Assembly (NCBI GenBank): GCA_031972855.1
Contig: DALYDY010000002.1
Location: 99,263 to 163,262, forward strand
Length of the DNA stretch: 64,000 nt
Reading direction: 5' to 3'
From: Minisyncoccota bacterium
GTDB lineage: Bacteria; Patescibacteriota; Minisyncoccia; Phycocordibacterales; UBA9973
Shown: positions 18,202-27,629 of the stretch, in pieces
Layout of the letters: every line of letters begins with the position of its first letter
Position numbering within the stretch: the stretch's first letter is position 1
The notes under the pieces: model-generated
Databases searched by the model: none
Told to the model about the DNA's origin: nothing
The model's input: only the letters and a program-made list of their open reading frames with translations
Program-made: the position numbers and the translations under genes

Positions 18202-18780
18202 ATGGGAAATTTTGAAAGAGGAGGAAATAGAGGTGGAGGATTTAGAGGAGGAGACCGTGGTGGTCGTCCAGACTTTAAAAGAAGTTTTGGTGGAGATCGT
18301 GATCGTGGAGAAGTAACAATGCACAAAACTACTTGTAGTGAATGTGGTAAGAGTTGTGAAGTCCCTTTCCGTCCAACAGGCGAAAAGCCAGTGTACTGTA
18401 ACGATTGTTTCAGTAGTAAAAGAGAAGGTGGAGATCGTGAAGAACGCCGCCCAAGAAATGATTTTACAGAACGCTCACCAAGAAGAGAATTTAATAATGA
18501 CAGAGCTCCACGTCAAGAATTCGCTCGTCCACAACAAAGTGGAGGAAACGATGAAATGAAAAAACAATTGGGAGAAATCAGTATGAAACTAGATCGTCTC
18601 GTAAATGCAATTGAAAAAATGACTCAACCAAAAGTTGAAACTGTTGTTGCAAAACAAGCAGCTCCAAAAGCTGAAGTTGTAAAACCAGTAGCAAAGAAAG
18701 TTGAAGTTAAAGCTGTAAAAAAAGTAGCAGCAAAAAAAGCTCCAGCAGTTAAAAAAGTTGTAGCAAAGAAAAAGAAATAA
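18202..18780 (+). CDS. RGG-box / CxxC-x17-CxxC zinc-ribbon protein with a histone-H1-like lysine/alanine-rich C-terminal tail
   Basis: N-terminal RGG repeats, CSECGKSC-x17-CNDC, C-terminal (KKV/AAKK/AVKK) repeats. Confidence 0.6.
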   Translation: MGNFERGGNRGGGFRGGDRGGRPDFKRSFGGDRDRGEVTMHKTTCSECGKSCEVPFRPTGEKPVYCNDCFSSKREGGDREERRPRNDFTERSPRREFNNDRAPRQEFARPQQSGGNDEMKKQLGEISMKLDRLVNAIEKMTQPKVETVVAKQAAPKAEVVKPVAKKVEVKAVKKVAAKKAPAVKKVVAKKKK

Positions 18781-18843
18781 TTTTTCTAAATATAAAAACC
18801 CTCAGAGATGAGGGTTTTTATATTTTTGATATAATATACACAC

Positions 18844-19110
18844 ATGAAATATTTCAAGGAAAAAGTCTTAGAAGTTGTAAAAAATATTCCAAAAGGCAGC
18901 GTTATGACTTATAAAGAAATAGCAATTGCTGTTGGCTCGCCCAAAGCGTATCGAGGAGTGGGAACTCTAATGAAAAACAATTACGACGAATCTATTCCGT
19001 GTCATAGAGTAATACGATCAGATGGAAAAATAGGAGAATACAACAGAGGTGGAGAAAAAGAAAAAATTAGAAAATTAAAAGAAGAAGGCTGTGATATACT
19101 GTTTAAATGA
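18844..19110 (+). CDS. minimal methylated-DNA-protein-cysteine methyltransferase (Ogt/MGMT DNA-binding domain with catalytic Cys)
   Basis: IPCHRVI active-site motif (PCHRV). Confidence 0.75.
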   Translation: MKYFKEKVLEVVKNIPKGSVMTYKEIAIAVGSPKAYRGVGTLMKNNYDESIPCHRVIRSDGKIGEYNRGGEKEKIRKLKEEGCDILFK

Positions 19111-19355
19111 ATAAAATAATCGTAGATGTTAGATCAAAAGAAGAATTTGACGAAAAACATGTTGAAAATGCTTTAAATATTCCACTTATAGAATTAAGTG
19201 AAGGTAACTTGGATTTATTAAAAGATTTACCAAAAGATACAGAAATTTCTGTTTATTGTAGATCAGGAGCTAGATCAAGTATGGCAAAAGAGATATTAGA
19301 AAAAGAAGGTTTTACACATATTACAAACCTTGGAGGAATAGACAATATTTTATAA
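19107..19355 (+). CDS. single-domain rhodanese sulfurtransferase
   Basis: VYCRSGARS active-site loop; overlaps the upstream stop by 4 nt. Confidence 0.75.
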   Translation: MNKIIVDVRSKEEFDEKHVENALNIPLIELSEGNLDLLKDLPKDTEISVYCRSGARSSMAKEILEKEGFTHITNLGGIDNIL

Positions 19356-19365
19356 AATTATAATT

Positions 19366-19536
19366 ATGAATACATTTCTAAATATTCTCCCAACTATCTG
19401 GAATTCAATATTAACGCTTGGCATAGTAAAGACAGCTGTTATTGTAGTAGTAATAGCAATTCTTACAAATTATCAAAAAGTTTTGGGGTTTGTAGCTGCA
19501 ATATTATTTATCGCATATCTTGCAAAATTTATATAA
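19366..19536 (+). CDS. candidate 56-aa two-TM small membrane protein (below the ORF-track cutoff)
   Basis: ATG 19366 to TAA 19534-19536, hydrophobic throughout, immediately followed by the terminator hairpin aaaaaatccctcatttagagggctttttt. Confidence 0.35.
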   Translation: MNTFLNILPTIWNSILTLGIVKTAVIVVVIAILTNYQKVLGFVAAILFIAYLAKFI

Positions 19537-19544
19537 AAAATCCC

Positions 19545-19817
19545 TCATTTAGAGGGCTTTTTTGATGGGAATAAATTAATTCCGTCTTTTTTCTTTTCTA
19601 ATATTATTTTCTTCATATCAGAATAAAAAGCTGACGAACTTTTATTTTTTAATTCTAATTTTATATAAAGTTTTTCAATTCCTTTTGTAATAATATCAAA
19701 ATCTTTTAGGGAATGGTTTTCATTTTTAATTTTTACAACAATTTCTTGAAGTAAAATAAACTTTTGATCACTGTTCGCTTCTGTATGTGGCATAGGGTTT
19801 ATATAATTTAAATACAT
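19545..19817 (-). CDS. hypothetical protein
   Basis: ORF only. Confidence 0.35.
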   Translation of the reverse strand: MYLNYINPMPHTEANSDQKFILLQEIVVKIKNENHSLKDFDIITKGIEKLYIKLELKNKSSSAFYSDMKKIILEKKKDGINLFPSKKPSK

Positions 19818-19898
19818 TATAAGTATTTAATATATTTTGTCAATTTATATTTTAGTATTTTTTATTTTTATAACTTATCCACAGGAATTTATTTGCAT

Positions 19899-19914
19899 GT
19901 GAACGAGCGTTCAC
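19899..19914. promoter_or_regulatory. Cheo-type SOS (LexA) box GTGAAC-GAGC-GTTCAC
   Basis: Perfect palindrome matching GAAC-N4-GTTC, about 40 nt upstream of the small ORF and lexA. Confidence 0.6.
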
Positions 19915-19954
19915 TTATAATAAATACATAACAGGATAATAATATTTAAGCATT

Positions 19955-20149
19955 ATGAGTAAAGAACAATATCTAAAAATTATAGAAAGAGAAATTCACA
20001 ACATAAACAAAAAAATTGATATGAAAATTCTCTCAGGTGAAAAATATGAAAGAGAAGCTCGTGATCACAAATTGCTTCGCAAAAAATTAATCCAACACTC
20101 AAGTGGAAATATATTTAGCAAATTTTTCCAAATGCTCCCACTTTTTTAA
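19955..20149 (+). CDS. small protein co-transcribed upstream of lexA
   Basis: 64-aa ORF ending 3 nt before lexA. Confidence 0.4.
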   Translation: MSKEQYLKIIEREIHNINKKIDMKILSGEKYEREARDHKLLRKKLIQHSSGNIFSKFFQMLPLF

Positions 20150-20152
20150 TTC

Positions 20153-20719
20153 ATGGAACAAAACTACAAACAAAAGTTAATATCCTTTCACGAAAAAGAA
20201 AACAGAATGCCAACATACACAGAGATGATGGCTCTGTTTGGTTTTAAGTCAAAGAACGCAGTAGCTCGTCTTGTTGAAAAATTCATCGACGCGGGTTTTG
20301 TTTCAAAAGATCATTTAGGTAGGTTAATTCCAGAAAGATCATTCAACGAAATTCCACTTCTAGGATCAGTAAAAGCAGGGTTCCCAAGTCAAGCAGAAGA
20401 AGTAGAGTTGAACACTATTAATATAGACTCATATATTACATCCAAAAAAGCTAATTCATTTCTATTGAGAGTAGACGGTGAATCCATGATAGACGCACAC
20501 ATTGCTGATGGAGATATGGTTCTAGTAGAGAAGACGGAAGTCGCCAAGGATGGAGATATTGTTATTGCAGATGTAGACGGGGAATCAACAATGAAATATT
20601 TCAGAAAAGAAGGTGGTAAAGTGTGGCTTGAACCAGCCAACAAAAACTTCAAAAATATTTATCCAGAACAATATCTTCGCATTACAGCAATAGTAAAAGC
20701 CGTTATTAGAAAATATTAA
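20153..20719 (+). CDS. lexA: LexA repressor (S24 peptidase)
   Basis: N-terminal wHTH (MALFGFKSKNAVARLVEKFIDAGF), cleavage-site region VKAGFPSQ, S24 domain VDGESMIDAHIADGDMVLVE…MKYF. Confidence 0.85.
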   Translation: MEQNYKQKLISFHEKENRMPTYTEMMALFGFKSKNAVARLVEKFIDAGFVSKDHLGRLIPERSFNEIPLLGSVKAGFPSQAEEVELNTINIDSYITSKKANSFLLRVDGESMIDAHIADGDMVLVEKTEVAKDGDIVIADVDGESTMKYFRKEGGKVWLEPANKNFKNIYPEQYLRITAIVKAVIRKY

Positions 20720-20779
20720 AATAAATATAAACACAACTTATTTGATAATTACATTAAAAGTATTAAAATAATTAATTAT

Positions 20780-21112
20780 ATGAACAAAGACAATTTATCT
20801 TTTAAAGAAGCTCAAGAATCAGTAGAAGAATGGGTGAGCAATCCAGACTTCAAAGTAAAATACTTTCCTCCATTTGAAATATGTGCACAACTAAGTGAAG
20901 AAATCGGAGAAGTATCAAGAGAAGTCGCACATATTCATGGACACAAGAAGAAAAAGGACGGTGAAAAAACAGACGGCTTAGAATGTGAGATAGGTGATGT
21001 AATATTTGCATTAATCTGTCTTGCAAACTCAGAAGGAATCTCACTCGAAGAAGCTTTCAAAAAATCTATGGAGAAAAAGTGGGGAAGAGACAATAGTAGA
21101 TTTCTTAAATAA
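20780..21112 (+). CDS. MazG-like nucleotide pyrophosphohydrolase (small single-domain)
   Basis: EEIGEVSREV…ECEIGDVIFALICLANSEGISLEEA (MazG EExxE/D motifs); terminator at 21121-21158. Confidence 0.65.
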   Translation: MNKDNLSFKEAQESVEEWVSNPDFKVKYFPPFEICAQLSEEIGEVSREVAHIHGHKKKKDGEKTDGLECEIGDVIFALICLANSEGISLEEAFKKSMEKKWGRDNSRFLK

Positions 21113-21131
21113 GACAAAATAAAAACCCTGA

Positions 21132-21707
21132 CTATGCATTATGCAATTCAGGGTTTTTTATAACCTTTATAAAATGATCAAAGATTAGGACAGATAATTT
21201 TCTAGCTCTAAAAGCTATTTTGATACGGTCTTTATTGTTTAAAGCTTCCTTATACCTAACCCCCTCAAAAGAATCTTCTCTACCATCAAAATCAAATAAA
21301 AATAATCTAATTTTTTCATTAATATCGTCAGGTATAGTAATTTTAGTACTTTCTTTTATAATAAAGGCGAGAGAGAAAATATGACCAATCCTTACAGACC
21401 TTAGAAGATTTTTGTCAAGATATTTTCTCAAATCCCTTTCTCCTCTAACTTCAGAAAGCACCTTCTCTATTTCTTTTCTTTTAGAGTTAGATATTAATTC
21501 TTCAATAGAATCAACTATGATTGGCGACTCTATTATTGAAAAAAATACTTCTAAATCAACAAAAATCTCAGAGTGAACTTTTTCTTTGATTGAAGATAAA
21601 TTTTCAATCATTATTTTTTTCTTTTTTGTACTAAAAAAATGCACTTGCTCAATTTTTAACAAATCATGAGACAGTAATTTTTTTTCTAATTCATCATTTT
21701 CTTCCAT
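21132..21707 (-). CDS. hypothetical protein
   Basis: ORF only. Confidence 0.4.
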   Translation of the reverse strand: MEENDELEKKLLSHDLLKIEQVHFFSTKKKKIMIENLSSIKEKVHSEIFVDLEVFFSIIESPIIVDSIEELISNSKRKEIEKVLSEVRGERDLRKYLDKNLLRSVRIGHIFSLAFIIKESTKITIPDDINEKIRLFLFDFDGREDSFEGVRYKEALNNKDRIKIAFRARKLSVLIFDHFIKVIKNPELHNA

Positions 21708-21793
21708 TGTTATTTTTTTAAAATAGTAACATTATTATAATAAAAAGTCAATATTAGTTTAATCATATTCATAAATTATGTTTTTACTAATTA

Positions 21794-22207
21794 GTGTATA
21801 CTTTAGTAATGCAAACATACTCTTGGTATCAAAATTTAATCAAACCAACATGGGCGCCGCCTTCATGGATTTTTGGTCCTGTATGGAGTTTCTTATATCT
21901 AATTATTTTTGTTAGTTTTGGAAAAGTATTTTTGATGGCTTATAACAAGCAAATACCATTTATAGTAGTTCTTCCTTTTATATTGAATTTGATTTTCAAC
22001 TTTTTATTCTCACCAATACAATTTCAACTACAAAACAATCTACTCGCATCAATTGATATATTATTAATATTATCAACCCTCGTATGGGCTTTAGTGGCCA
22101 TATATCCATATGCAAAATGGATTAGTTTCGTAAATATTCCATACCTTCTTTGGGTTTCTTTTGCAACAATACTTCAAATCACAATCACTATATTAAATAG
22201 TAAATAA
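21794..22207 (+). CDS. TspO/MBR family membrane protein
   Basis: W…LIKPTWAPPSWIFGPVWSFLY signature; multi-TM. Confidence 0.6.
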   Translation: MYTLVMQTYSWYQNLIKPTWAPPSWIFGPVWSFLYLIIFVSFGKVFLMAYNKQIPFIVVLPFILNLIFNFLFSPIQFQLQNNLLASIDILLILSTLVWALVAIYPYAKWISFVNIPYLLWVSFATILQITITILNSK

Positions 22208-22209
22208 TC

Positions 22210-22500
22210 ATGTCTAAAGTTTTTTTAATAAAAGGGGAAATTTGGCGTTGGCCTGGAGATGGTGGGTGGCATTTTTTAACAATAGATAAAAAGACTTCTG
22301 AAAAAATAAAAGCTATAGGAAATCCATATGGTGCAGGTTTTATTAAAGCGCATCTAACAATAAAAAAGACTAGTTGGGAAACAGCTCTATTTCCAAACTC
22401 AAAAGAAAAAACTTATTTAATTTCTATAAAAAAGAAAGTAAGGGAAAAAGAAAATCTATTTGAAGGAGATATAATTAAAGTAAAGATAGAAATTATCTAA
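22210..22500 (+). CDS. DUF1905-like protein
   Basis: GDGGWHFLTI…GDIIKVKIEI pattern. Confidence 0.45.
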   Translation: MSKVFLIKGEIWRWPGDGGWHFLTIDKKTSEKIKAIGNPYGAGFIKAHLTIKKTSWETALFPNSKEKTYLISIKKKVREKENLFEGDIIKVKIEII

Positions 22501-22505
22501 AAAAA

Positions 22506-23498
22506 ATGATACAATACTCCATACTTTTTAAAAATATGGAAAACAATACAAATAAAAACAAAATACTCCTATATTACAAATATGCAGATATAGAAGATCC
22601 AGAAATTCTCCGAAAAGAACAATATGATCTCTGTAAAACCCTCGAAATGAAGGGGCGCATCATAGTAGCAAAAGAGGGTATAAACGGCACTCTAGAGGGC
22701 ACAGAAGCCTTTTGTAATGCATATATGAACCACATGAAAGCTGATCCTAGATTTAGTGATATACACTGGAAAATAAGCGATGGTACAGCTGACGGGACAG
22801 CCTTTCCAAGACTTTCTGTAAAAGCGAGAAAAGAAATAGTGTCTTTACATCTTGGAGAAAACGACTTCAATCCAAATGAAACAACAGGTATACATCTTAA
22901 GCCAGAAGAACTACACAAATGGTATGAAGAAGGAAAAGAATTTCATATTGTTGATATGAGAAATGACTACGAACTTCTCGTTGGAAAATTTGAAAATACT
23001 ATTTTTCCTGGAATGAAAAATTTTAGAGATTTAAGAAAAGATTTAAATAAAATTAAAAAACTCAAAGACAAACCTGTTCTTACTGTATGTACAGGAGGAG
23101 TAAGATGTGAGAAAGCTTCAGGATTCCTTCTGAAAGAAGGTTTCAAAGAAGTTTACCAATTAGACGGAGGAATCGTGTCTTATATGAATAAATTTCCTGG
23201 AAAAAACTTTCTTGGATCTCTTTATGTTTTTGATAAAAGAAAAATAGTTCACTTTAATGATGAAATATCTCACCAACCAATAGGTGTGTGTAGAAAATGT
23301 CACAAAAAGACAGAGCAATATGTTAATTGCGCAAATCTAATGTGCCATAGACATTTTCTTTGTTGTGATGATTGTATAGACAGTGACAAAGTTGGGAAGA
23401 ACGGTGTCATACTTTCTTATTGTGGATTATGGTGTAAGACAAAAGATTCTTTTAGAGATTTGTTTAAAAATTCAAAATATATTCCAAAAAGATTCTAA
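22506..23498 (+). CDS. trhO: rhodanese-domain tRNA U34 hydroxylase TrhO (UPF0176/YceA)
   Basis: N-terminal ILLYYKY…D; rhodanese Cys loop CTGGVRCEKASGFL; C-terminal Cys-rich region. Confidence 0.7.
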   Translation: MIQYSILFKNMENNTNKNKILLYYKYADIEDPEILRKEQYDLCKTLEMKGRIIVAKEGINGTLEGTEAFCNAYMNHMKADPRFSDIHWKISDGTADGTAFPRLSVKARKEIVSLHLGENDFNPNETTGIHLKPEELHKWYEEGKEFHIVDMRNDYELLVGKFENTIFPGMKNFRDLRKDLNKIKKLKDKPVLTVCTGGVRCEKASGFLLKEGFKEVYQLDGGIVSYMNKFPGKNFLGSLYVFDKRKIVHFNDEISHQPIGVCRKCHKKTEQYVNCANLMCHRHFLCCDDCIDSDKVGKNGVILSYCGLWCKTKDSFRDLFKNSKYIPKRF

Positions 23499-23502
23499 TA
23501 AT

Positions 23503-24657
23503 ATGAACAAAGTTAAAATACTTGTATTGTTCACTGTTTTTATAGATATTATTGGTATAGGAGTAATAATACCGACACTACCTTTCTATGTTGAATCTTT
23601 TGGTGTTTCTGATACTGTTGTAGCTCTTCTCTTTTCAATATACGCTTTCCTTTCTTTTTTATCTGCACCATTTTTAGGTTTAATTTCTGATAGATATGGA
23701 AGAAGACCAGTCTTAATTATAAGCATTCTAAGTAGTGCTATTGGATGGATTGTTTTTGCTGGAGCAAAAAATATATGGTTATTATTTTTAGGAAGAAGTA
23801 TTGACGGAATAGCTGCGGGAAATATTTCAACAGCACAAAGCTCTCTTTCTGATATATCTAAAAACAGCACAGAAAGATCTACTAATATGGGCTTAATAGG
23901 TGCAATGTTTGGTATAGGTCTTATTATAGGGCCATTGATTGGAGGATTGTTAAGTGTTTATGGAAATACTGCACCATTTTGGTTTGTTGGAATACTATCT
24001 TTAATAAATACAATATTGGCATACTTTTTTTTACCTGAAACACACAAAGAAAGAACTAATACAAAAATAAAAATAAACCCAATAAGTCCAATAATAGATG
24101 GTTTTAAAAATATTGAAATGAGAAAAATTTTCTTAATATTTTTCTCATTTGGATTAGCAATAACGATACAACAAACTATATTTGGATTATATACAGCAAG
24201 AGCTTTTGGTTTTAACTCTAAAACAATAGGAATGGTTATGGGTTTTATTGGATTTATTATATTAATAAATCAACTTTTTCTTCTAAAAAATGTTTGGTTA
24301 AAAATTTGGAATAATAAAATACTTACAAAGGTTATGTTTTTTATACTTGCAACAGGAATGATTATTAGCTCACTTAAAATTATTGCTTTATTTTTTATTG
24401 GGATAATTTTAACCACAATAAGTCAAAGTAATCTAAGAGGCACCTTAATGAGTACCATTGCAGGTCAAAACAAAGAAAAAACAGGTGAGTACATAGGAAT
24501 ATCAACATCAATAATGTCACTGTCTATGATATTAGGGCCATTACTTGCTTCGGCTGTTTATATAATAAACATATCTATTCCATTTATTTTAGCTGGAATA
24601 ATATCATTATTATGCATACCAATATACATAAACATTATAAAAAAAATTAATATTTAA
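23503..24657 (+). CDS. MFS transporter
   Basis: 12-TM topology with MFS motif GLISDRYGRRP; start likely at MNKVKILVL (23503). Confidence 0.75.
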   Translation: MNKVKILVLFTVFIDIIGIGVIIPTLPFYVESFGVSDTVVALLFSIYAFLSFLSAPFLGLISDRYGRRPVLIISILSSAIGWIVFAGAKNIWLLFLGRSIDGIAAGNISTAQSSLSDISKNSTERSTNMGLIGAMFGIGLIIGPLIGGLLSVYGNTAPFWFVGILSLINTILAYFFLPETHKERTNTKIKINPISPIIDGFKNIEMRKIFLIFFSFGLAITIQQTIFGLYTARAFGFNSKTIGMVMGFIGFIILINQLFLLKNVWLKIWNNKILTKVMFFILATGMIISSLKIIALFFIGIILTTISQSNLRGTLMSTIAGQNKEKTGEYIGISTSIMSLSMILGPLLASAVYIINISIPFILAGIISLLCIPIYINIIKKINI

Positions 24658-24672
24658 TATATAATAAAATAC

Positions 24673-25773
24673 ATGATATTTATAATATTTATAACAATAG
24701 CTCAACTTTTCCTTTTTCTAATACATTACATAATTTATCGTTTTGGAATTCAAGAATTTTATTTACTAGAAAAACATAAAATATTTTTTGGAACAATAAT
24801 TTTCATACTTTCATTTTCTTATAGTGCAAGTATGTTTTTGATTAGATTAAGTGAAAATACTCTAACAAAGATATTTAATCAAATATCTTCAATATGGCTT
24901 GGTACTATAGTTTGGGTCTTTATTGTAATAATAATATCTCTTATTTTAAAAAGAATACTCAATAATACATATAGTTCAAATATTTCATTGATACTTATTT
25001 TGATATCTTTTGGAATATCATTATTTGGAATATATAACTCACAAAGAGTTAATCTTGTAGAAAAAGATGTTTATATTGAAAACTTGCCAGAAAATTTTGA
25101 TAATTTGAGTGTTATGTTTATTGCAGATACTCATTACGGCAATATTCATACAGAAAAGAAATCAAGCAGAGATGTAGAATTTATAAAAAAAGTATCACCA
25201 GATGCACTATTTATTGCTGGGGATTTCTTTGATGGACCATCAAAGAAAATGGATTATTTTTCAAAACCTTATGAAGAAATGAATCCTATATTTGGGAAAT
25301 ATTTTGTAAGTGGAAATCACGAAACTTATGCGGACCTTGAAAAGAGTATAGAGTCAGTAAAAAAAGTAAATTTTGAAATTCTAGACAATCAAATAAAAGA
25401 AATAAAAGGTATTCAATTTGTTGGCATACCTTATAGTACGAGTAGTGTATCAGAATTAGATAAAAATATAACTGAAAGTATTATTAAAAAATCAGACGAA
25501 ACAAAGCCTGTTATTGTCATAAAACATGTGCCAATAAACACAGAATCTATTAGCAACTTGAATGCAGATTTTGCATTTTTTGGACATACACACAGAGGAC
25601 AAATGTGGCCTTTTAGTATAATAGTGAAAAAAATATATGGAAAACATTATTATGGATTTACAGAAGAAAAAAATACATTATTTTATACAACAAGTGGAGT
25701 GGGTGGTTGGGGACCAATACAAAGAATTGGAACAAATAGTGAAATGTTGTTAGTGCGTTTCCATAAAAAATAA
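24673..25773 (+). CDS. membrane-anchored metallophosphoesterase (calcineurin-like)
   Basis: N-terminal TM helices; MFIADTHYG…GDFFD…GNHE…GHTH motifs. Confidence 0.75.
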   Translation: MIFIIFITIAQLFLFLIHYIIYRFGIQEFYLLEKHKIFFGTIIFILSFSYSASMFLIRLSENTLTKIFNQISSIWLGTIVWVFIVIIISLILKRILNNTYSSNISLILILISFGISLFGIYNSQRVNLVEKDVYIENLPENFDNLSVMFIADTHYGNIHTEKKSSRDVEFIKKVSPDALFIAGDFFDGPSKKMDYFSKPYEEMNPIFGKYFVSGNHETYADLEKSIESVKKVNFEILDNQIKEIKGIQFVGIPYSTSSVSELDKNITESIIKKSDETKPVIVIKHVPINTESISNLNADFAFFGHTHRGQMWPFSIIVKKIYGKHYYGFTEEKNTLFYTTSGVGGWGPIQRIGTNSEMLLVRFHKK

Positions 25774-25787
25774 AGTCCTCACATAAA

Positions 25788-26072
25788 TTATGTGAGGACT
25801 AACAACAAAATAAATATAGGAATAAAATACATTAATACTCCTATTAATAAGTGTTTCAACGATATAGAAAAGTATTTTCTTATTATATAAGTACCAGTTA
25901 AAAATATTGATATTAATAAAAAGAGACCCATAATAAGTACTGCTATAGTTTTTTCATTTTCAATATTTTTTGGAACCCAATATGTATTAAATAAAAAATA
26001 CAGAACAATAGAGAGAGAAGCGAAATAACAAATTATCCCAAAAGTTCTAAATAACCACGAATTGTTTTTCAT
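25788..26072 (-). CDS. small membrane protein
   Basis: Three hydrophobic segments; ORF only. Confidence 0.4.
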   Translation of the reverse strand: MKNNSWLFRTFGIICYFASLSIVLYFLFNTYWVPKNIENEKTIAVLIMGLFLLISIFLTGTYIIRKYFSISLKHLLIGVLMYFIPIFILLLVLT

Positions 26073-26191
26073 AAGATCAAAATAAATTTATTTTATAATA
26101 CATCAAAATATATAGTGAGTCAAATTTAAACAACAAGATTAATTAAAATTATAAATTTTTTATATTCAAACAAATCAACTATAATAAGAGT

Positions 26192-26395
26192 ATGAAAAAA
26201 CTATACAGAAGCAGTGAAAACAAAATATATAAAGGAATACTAGGTGGAATTGGTGAATACTTCGAAATAGACCCGACCTTAATAAGAGTTTTATATATGT
26301 TTTTTACAATAACATCAGGTATTATTCCAGGAATGTTGGCATACTTCTTATCTTTACTAATTGTTCCAAAAAAACCACAAATTGAAATACTTTAG
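26192..26395 (+). CDS. PspC-domain protein
   Basis: KLYRSSENKIYKGILGGIGEYFEIDPTLIRVLYMFFT matches the PspC domain. Confidence 0.7.
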   Translation: MKKLYRSSENKIYKGILGGIGEYFEIDPTLIRVLYMFFTITSGIIPGMLAYFLSLLIVPKKPQIEIL

Positions 26396-26521
26396 TGAAA
26401 AAATATATTTTTATATATCAAAAAAAATACAATAAAATAAAACATTTTGTATTGAAATGGAACATATTGACTCTAATATAAATAAGAGTAGAATAACACA
26501 AGACCAAAAAAACTAAATAGC

Positions 26522-26953
26522 ATGACAACACAAGCAGTACCAGTAAAGAACTGTATTCTATTAGTAATAGAGAACAGTAACGGAAAAATTTTCATGAAAA
26601 TTGAAAAATCAGAAAAATATGGAGGGGAAGTAATTAAATTTTTGTCACACAAAAAAGAGTGCAACAAAACTTTTACTCAAGAAGACGAGGGGAAACTTTT
26701 AAAAGAAACCATCGAGTTATATTTTAAAAACCAAGTAAGCGCGGACGCTTTCCAAAAAATAAATACCTTATCCAAAGAGAATAATGTATTTCACGTATAC
26801 AAAACTGTACTAAAAAAGCAGGTCAACGTAATAGGTTCAAGAATCCATCTTGTTGATAGAAAAAAACTTAATGGAAAAAATTCTATTGAAGTTTGCCACA
26901 CTCCATGTCTGGTAACAGATTCGACAAAAGATATCATTATTGCATATATGTAG
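26522..26953 (+). CDS. hypothetical protein
   Basis: ORF only. Confidence 0.4.
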   Translation: MTTQAVPVKNCILLVIENSNGKIFMKIEKSEKYGGEVIKFLSHKKECNKTFTQEDEGKLLKETIELYFKNQVSADAFQKINTLSKENNVFHVYKTVLKKQVNVIGSRIHLVDRKKLNGKNSIEVCHTPCLVTDSTKDIIIAYM

Positions 26954-27055
26954 AAAGCCTTAAAAGGGCTTTTTTTATTTTTAAAATATATTATTTAATT
27001 GTCAATAGAAAGAAAAAGTTTTAAATACACGTATAATATAAAGTAGAGTCATTAT

Positions 27056-27628
27056 ATGGATATATACAAGACACTTACAGACAGTGAGCTTATTAATTTG
27101 AGTTTAAAAAATTCAGAGGCTTTTGGTATTATTGTCGAAAGATATAATGAAAAACTATCAAAATATATAAAAAGACGTTCACATGCATCAAAACAAGACA
27201 TAGAAGATATATTACAAAACGTTTTTATTAAAATATACAAGAATATGAATGATTATGATGAAAATCTAAACTTTTCATCATGGATATATAGAATAACTTA
27301 CAACGAACTCATTGATTGGTATAGAAAGGACAAAACAAGATCTACTCTTTCTCTTGATGATACAGATATTGGAATTCTAGAAAAAATATCAGAAGAAACT
27401 TACGAAGAGATATTAAAAAAAATTGATAAACAAAAAGAAAAAGAATTAATAGAAAAGTCTCTCGAAAAAATAAAACCAAATTACAAAGAAATAATAATAT
27501 TAAAATATTTTGAAGATAGGAGTTATGAAGAAATAAGTGATATTTTAAAAATACCAATAGGAACAGTTGCTACTTGGGTAAGTAGAGCAAAAAATGAGCT
27601 AAAAAAGATAATAGAAAAAGAAAAATAA
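27056..27628 (+). CDS. ECF-type RNA polymerase sigma-70 factor
   Basis: Region 2 (FIKIYKNM…WIYRITYNELIDWYRK) and region 4 HTH (YEEISDILKIPIGTVATWVSRAKNELKK). Confidence 0.8.
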   Translation: MDIYKTLTDSELINLSLKNSEAFGIIVERYNEKLSKYIKRRSHASKQDIEDILQNVFIKIYKNMNDYDENLNFSSWIYRITYNELIDWYRKDKTRSTLSLDDTDIGILEKISEETYEEILKKIDKQKEKELIEKSLEKIKPNYKEIIILKYFEDRSYEEISDILKIPIGTVATWVSRAKNELKKIIEKEK

Positions 27629-27629
27629 T

